This document shows, in pieces, positions 59,752 through 63,529 of a stretch of 63,529 bases of DNA (positions within the stretch are counted from its first letter, which is position 1; each line of letters starts with the position of its first letter). Location of the stretch: positions 1 to 63,529 of the forward strand of contig CBDAFS010000006.1 of assembly GCA_965195285.1 (NCBI GenBank). Direction: 5' to 3'. The notes beneath the pieces were generated by a model. That model searched no databases, was not told the origin of the DNA, and saw only the letters and a program-made list of their open reading frames with translations. The DNA is from an uncultured Aminicenantes bacterium. Lineage in GTDB: Bacteria > Acidobacteriota > Aminicenantia > UBA2199. The position numbers and the translations under genes are program-made.

Positions 59752-60100
59752 GTACAAATTGTAAAGTTTGAACGGATATTTGTCAACCCAACTTGTCAGA
59801 GGGAAATTTATCCAAAACCTGAAATAATTCAATAATAACAGTGTGATTGGTCGGTCTCGAATTTTCAAATATGATAGGTTGACAACATGTTAAGCTTCAG
59901 GAGACGCCGGACCGGGTTGTGTTCTGCAAAATTTGTCAATACTTGAAAAAGTATGGCCGAAATGGACACATACCTGGATTCGTTTAAGCGGGTTCGGTTC
60001 TGAAGTTGTTTTTATGACAAATTTTGTTAATACTTTTGACAAATTTTTAATCCTATTTTATAATAGGGGTGGATTTACCTGGTTGATGAGCATGTTTTGG

Positions 60101-60117
60101 TTGGAATCAATCTTGCA
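60101..60117 (+). promoter_or_regulatory. sigma54 (-24/-12) promoter
   Basis: TTGGAATCAATCTTGCA has the exact GG-N10-GC spacing; divergent from a bEBP gene. Confidence 0.7.
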
Positions 60118-60184
60118 TATATATAATAAATGCATAAAACAATTTATAAAATTCGATTAAGTAGAATTTCGGAGGCAACAAACA

Positions 60185-63100
60185 ATGAATAAATTAGCGA
60201 CAATTTTATTTATTCTGGTTTTTCTTATACCCGGATTAATTCTGGCTCAGAGCCCATATAATCTGGGAGTCAGTTCCTATAATTATGACATGGTTACCGA
60301 CAGCAGCAATAATATCTATCTGTTATGGAAGACCGGTATCAGTACAATTAATATCGGAAAAATCGTTAACAATGCCCTGACCGAGGTAGACAGTTACACT
60401 GCTTCGATCAGCATTCATGTCCGGTTTACCCGGCCCCGGTTGGCCGTGAAGCCGGATGGCACTGAAATCCATACCGCCTATTTGAGCGGTAATCGGAATA
60501 ACATTGTTCATGTCTGGCGAAACAGCAGTGGAATCTGGAATCAAACCGTGATCTGGACCTATGCCAATGATGACTGGCGCATGGCTTTCCCGGCCATTGG
60601 TGTGGATGCCAGCGGCAATGTGCATGTCACCTGCCAACGCTATAATACGGTTGAACACAACAACCCCGACATGCCCCATGATTTTATTGTGTACTGGAGG
60701 AAAACAGGTTCCTGGTCAGGCCCGGTGAATATCCAGACCAATGATTATCCCTACCGGGACACTTCCATGTATACCGATAAAAACGGCGGGGTGCACGCCA
60801 CCTGGAAGAGTCGTTATACCTTGGGTAAATACCGATATGCAGCCAGCGGGGACAGCCTGGCTGATTCTTCAACCATATTGATTCCCAATGTGTCCGGGAG
60901 TCCCAGTTTGTCGGACATTGTTTCATTCGGCGATAGTTATGTGGACAATGTGGGAAACGTTCACCATGCCTATTTTCATTTTCCCGATGAAACCCTTCAT
61001 CATGTCATAAAACCGGTGGGTTCCGGATCTTTCGGCAGCCGGACCCAGGCGGCTTCGGTGGATAACTGCGAAAGTTGTACCGGATGCACGGTTTATGAAA
61101 ACCCATGGCCTTCTGTTGGAGTGGCAACCGATGGCAAGGTATATGTGACCTGGGCTGAAAACCGTTGCTCGGGCGCCATCAATCATGTGATGCTGGCCAT
61201 CAAGGATGGATCAAGCTGGAGCATTGCCGAGGTAACCAGTACGGCGGCTATCTCCTCGGATGGAAGGCCGGTAATCGCTGTAACCGACACGGATTATTTT
61301 ATCGTTTGGCGCAGCAATACCGGCACCCTGATGTTGAGTACCGAAGCTGCCGGTGGTCCCACCCCGTCCATTACGGTGTTGACCCCCACCGGCGGAGAAG
61401 TGTATGAGATCGGATCTCAAATTCCAATTGCCTGGACTACAGAAAGTATATCAGGTGATGTCAAAATTGCTCTTAGGACAAGTGATGATTCATCCGGTTA
61501 TCTGGTGGTTAAAGATTTACCCTACGACAACTCTCCTTATAACTATATTATTCCCTCTGATATCCCCACCGGATATTATTTTATTCGAATTTTGAACATG
61601 GCTAGAACTGTGTTAGATGAGTCCGCTATTTTTGAGATTGTTCCGGTTGGATCTGGAGAAAACATGACCATCACCTATCCAAACGGCGGAGAATCGATTG
61701 CAGCGGGTTCCACCGCCACCTTTACCTGGACCTCCAGCGGTGTCATTTCCAATGTGAAGATTGAATTTTCACCGGATAACGGCTCAAATTGGAGCACCCT
61801 GTTTGCCTCGGTTCCCAATACCGGAAGCTATACCGATACCATACCGGCAGAGACCCCCGCTTCCTCCACCTGTCTGATGAGAATTTCGGATGCAGCCGAC
61901 GGTTCCCCTTCTGATATCAGCGATGCTGTTTTTACCATTACTTCCGGAGGGACCGATTCCATTACGGTCAGCTATCCCAACGGAGGCGAGTCTTTTGCGG
62001 CCGGCGCCGGGGTCACCTTTGCCTGGAATTCAACCGGTAGTATAACCAATGTGCGGATCGAGTTATCCACCAATAATGGATCTAACTGGAGTACTCTCTA
62101 TAGTTCGGTTCCCAATACCGGCAGTTATAGTGGTACTATTCCTTTAGCCACCACTCCCTCCACCATTTGCCTGATACGCATTTCCGATGCAGCCGATGGA
62201 ACTCCATCTGATACCAGTAACGCTGTATTCACCATTACATCTTCAGGTGGAACCGATTCCATTACCGTGACCCTTCCCAATGGGGGTGAGATCGAACGGG
62301 CCGGCACCATGCAAACCATGACCTGGGAGTCCACCGGAACCATTGCCAATGTGAAGATTGAGTTTTCACCGGATAATGGCTCCTATTGGGGGACCCTCTT
62401 TGATTCGGTTCCCAATACCGGTAGTTATTCCGGTATTATTCCCCCGGATACACCGCCCTCGGATTATTGTTTAATCCGGATTTCGGATGCGGCTGACGGA
62501 GTCCCGTCAGATGTCAGTGATGCGGTTTTCTCCATTCTTCCGGCCTATCCGATCAGTATCGCCACTCCGGCAGGAGGGGAAAACTACACATTGGGTGTGG
62601 ATACCATTCCCATAACCTGGACTACTTTCGGAATTACTGGAAATATAAAGATATCTCTCCGGTGGTATGATGATTCAAGTGGCCAACTGATTGTCAAAGA
62701 CCTTCCTCATGATACCGGTACTTATAATTTTCCCATCCCATCAGATATAACACCGGGAACCTATTTTATAAGGATTTTGACCATGGACAGAACAACCTTT
62801 GAAAATTCTCAAAATTTTACTATTTCTGAACCTGGTGTCGAAGACTCTATTACCGTTACCTATCCCAACGGAGGAGAGAGTGTTTATGCAGGCGATCCAT
62901 TAACTGTAACCTGGACTTCAATCGGAGCTATTTCAAATGTAAGAATTGAATTGTCTACTGATAACGGAGGCTTTTGGTCGGAAATAATCAATTCAACTCC
63001 CAATGATGGCAGTTTTACCTATCTTATTCCGCCTGATACTGCTTCTTCTTCCGATTGTTTAATACGCATTTCAGATGCCTCGGATGGTTCTCCATCGGAT

Positions 63101-63418
63101 ATGAGTAATAGTGTATTTTCGATACTTCCTCAGTTACCTATCTCTATAACCAATCCGATTGGCGGTGAGACCTATACCAGAGGGAGCAGTACAATACCCA
63201 TTACTTGGGTAACATCAGGTATAACCGGCAATATAAAGATATCTCTCCGCTGGCATGATGATTCAACCGGCCAACTGATTGTATTAGACATTCCTCATGA
63301 TACCGGCACCTATAACTATTCCATCCCTGCTGATGTTACTCAGGGAATTTATTTTATCAGAATTTTGACCATGGATCGTACAACGTATGATGATTCCGAA
63401 CAGATTATTATCAATTAA
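60185..63418 (+). CDS. secreted protein: beta-propeller-like N-domain plus seven Ig-like PNGGE repeats
   Basis: Signal peptide; repeated D..G.VH..W blades; seven ~95-aa I.V..P.GGE...I.W repeats. Confidence 0.85.
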   Translation: MNKLATILFILVFLIPGLILAQSPYNLGVSSYNYDMVTDSSNNIYLLWKTGISTINIGKIVNNALTEVDSYTASISIHVRFTRPRLAVKPDGTEIHTAYLSGNRNNIVHVWRNSSGIWNQTVIWTYANDDWRMAFPAIGVDASGNVHVTCQRYNTVEHNNPDMPHDFIVYWRKTGSWSGPVNIQTNDYPYRDTSMYTDKNGGVHATWKSRYTLGKYRYAASGDSLADSSTILIPNVSGSPSLSDIVSFGDSYVDNVGNVHHAYFHFPDETLHHVIKPVGSGSFGSRTQAASVDNCESCTGCTVYENPWPSVGVATDGKVYVTWAENRCSGAINHVMLAIKDGSSWSIAEVTSTAAISSDGRPVIAVTDTDYFIVWRSNTGTLMLSTEAAGGPTPSITVLTPTGGEVYEIGSQIPIAWTTESISGDVKIALRTSDDSSGYLVVKDLPYDNSPYNYIIPSDIPTGYYFIRILNMARTVLDESAIFEIVPVGSGENMTITYPNGGESIAAGSTATFTWTSSGVISNVKIEFSPDNGSNWSTLFASVPNTGSYTDTIPAETPASSTCLMRISDAADGSPSDISDAVFTITSGGTDSITVSYPNGGESFAAGAGVTFAWNSTGSITNVRIELSTNNGSNWSTLYSSVPNTGSYSGTIPLATTPSTICLIRISDAADGTPSDTSNAVFTITSSGGTDSITVTLPNGGEIERAGTMQTMTWESTGTIANVKIEFSPDNGSYWGTLFDSVPNTGSYSGIIPPDTPPSDYCLIRISDAADGVPSDVSDAVFSILPAYPISIATPAGGENYTLGVDTIPITWTTFGITGNIKISLRWYDDSSGQLIVKDLPHDTGTYNFPIPSDITPGTYFIRILTMDRTTFENSQNFTISEPGVEDSITVTYPNGGESVYAGDPLTVTWTSIGAISNVRIELSTDNGGFWSEIINSTPNDGSFTYLIPPDTASSSDCLIRISDASDGSPSDMSNSVFSILPQLPISITNPIGGETYTRGSSTIPITWVTSGITGNIKISLRWHDDSTGQLIVLDIPHDTGTYNYSIPADVTQGIYFIRILTMDRTTYDDSEQIIIN
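61367..63415 (+). repeat. seven tandem intragenic domain repeats of two types (A-B-B-B-A-B-A)
   Basis: Type B has NVKIEFS.DNG..W and CLIRISDAADG.PSD; type A has G.IKISLR..DDS.G.L and Y.IRIL.M.RT. Confidence 0.85.
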
Positions 63419-63434
63419 TTTTATTAGTTAGCGA

Positions 63435-63527
63435 TTATCTTTTGGCGCTTTTTTTATTGTATAGATTGGCTGCCACATTCCGGACCACGTAGTGTACATT
63501 TTTGTCATAGGTGATATGCTTCAAATC
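63435..63527 (-). CDS. 3' end of a hypothetical protein (partial)
   Basis: Open frame DLKHITYDKNVHYVVRNVAANLYNKKSAKR* entering from the window edge. Confidence 0.55.
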   Translation of the reverse strand, partial: DLKHITYDKNVHYVVRNVAANLYNKKSAKR

Positions 63528-63529
63528 CT

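Noticed and set aside
59752-60160. N-terminal extension of the bEBP and the 75-aa ORF 59933..60160
   Set aside because: Region is occupied by promoter and enhancer-like elements; translations lack SD or motifs
61367-63415. Repeats as a DGR template/variable region or CRISPR array
   Set aside because: In-frame ~290-bp coding domain repeats, differences not adenine-specific by eye, and no reverse transcriptase nearby

Overview
AT-rich bacterial chromosomal segment of a diderm anaerobe or facultative organism. The acidobacterial-type VWA paralogues and KKFPW-TM secreted protein suggest Aminicenantes/Acidobacteriota (inference only). It holds about 50 CDS. Housekeeping genes include trxB, elbB, tsaD, fabD, rlmB, rpsT, rmlC/rmlD, galE, sdhCDAB, pepD and csp. 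Accessory features: (i) the end of a probable integron/CALIN cassette array at the left edge, with two attC-like hairpins, an antitoxin and a 16-codon PIN-toxin remnant; (ii) a TetR-feoB / feoA-CxxC-RAPP leader-TonB receptor metal-uptake locus with a duplicated operator and a probable ribosome-arrest switch; (iii) the best candidate for an undescribed system, a lipoprotein TPR-CHAT protease with a Zn-finger membrane anti-sigma and an atypical ECF-like sigma, next to two transcription units sharing a TYATCC-N18-CGTAT promoter-like motif; (iv) two orphan family-5 solute-binding proteins coupled to a histidine kinase; (v) an FHA sigma54 activator facing a sigma54 promoter and a 7-repeat secreted protein; (vi) a candidate three-hairpin sRNA; (vii) a recurrent leaderless-promoter architecture. 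No rRNA, tRNA, CRISPR array, integrase or transposase was seen. All family assignments come from motif recognition by eye, not database searches.
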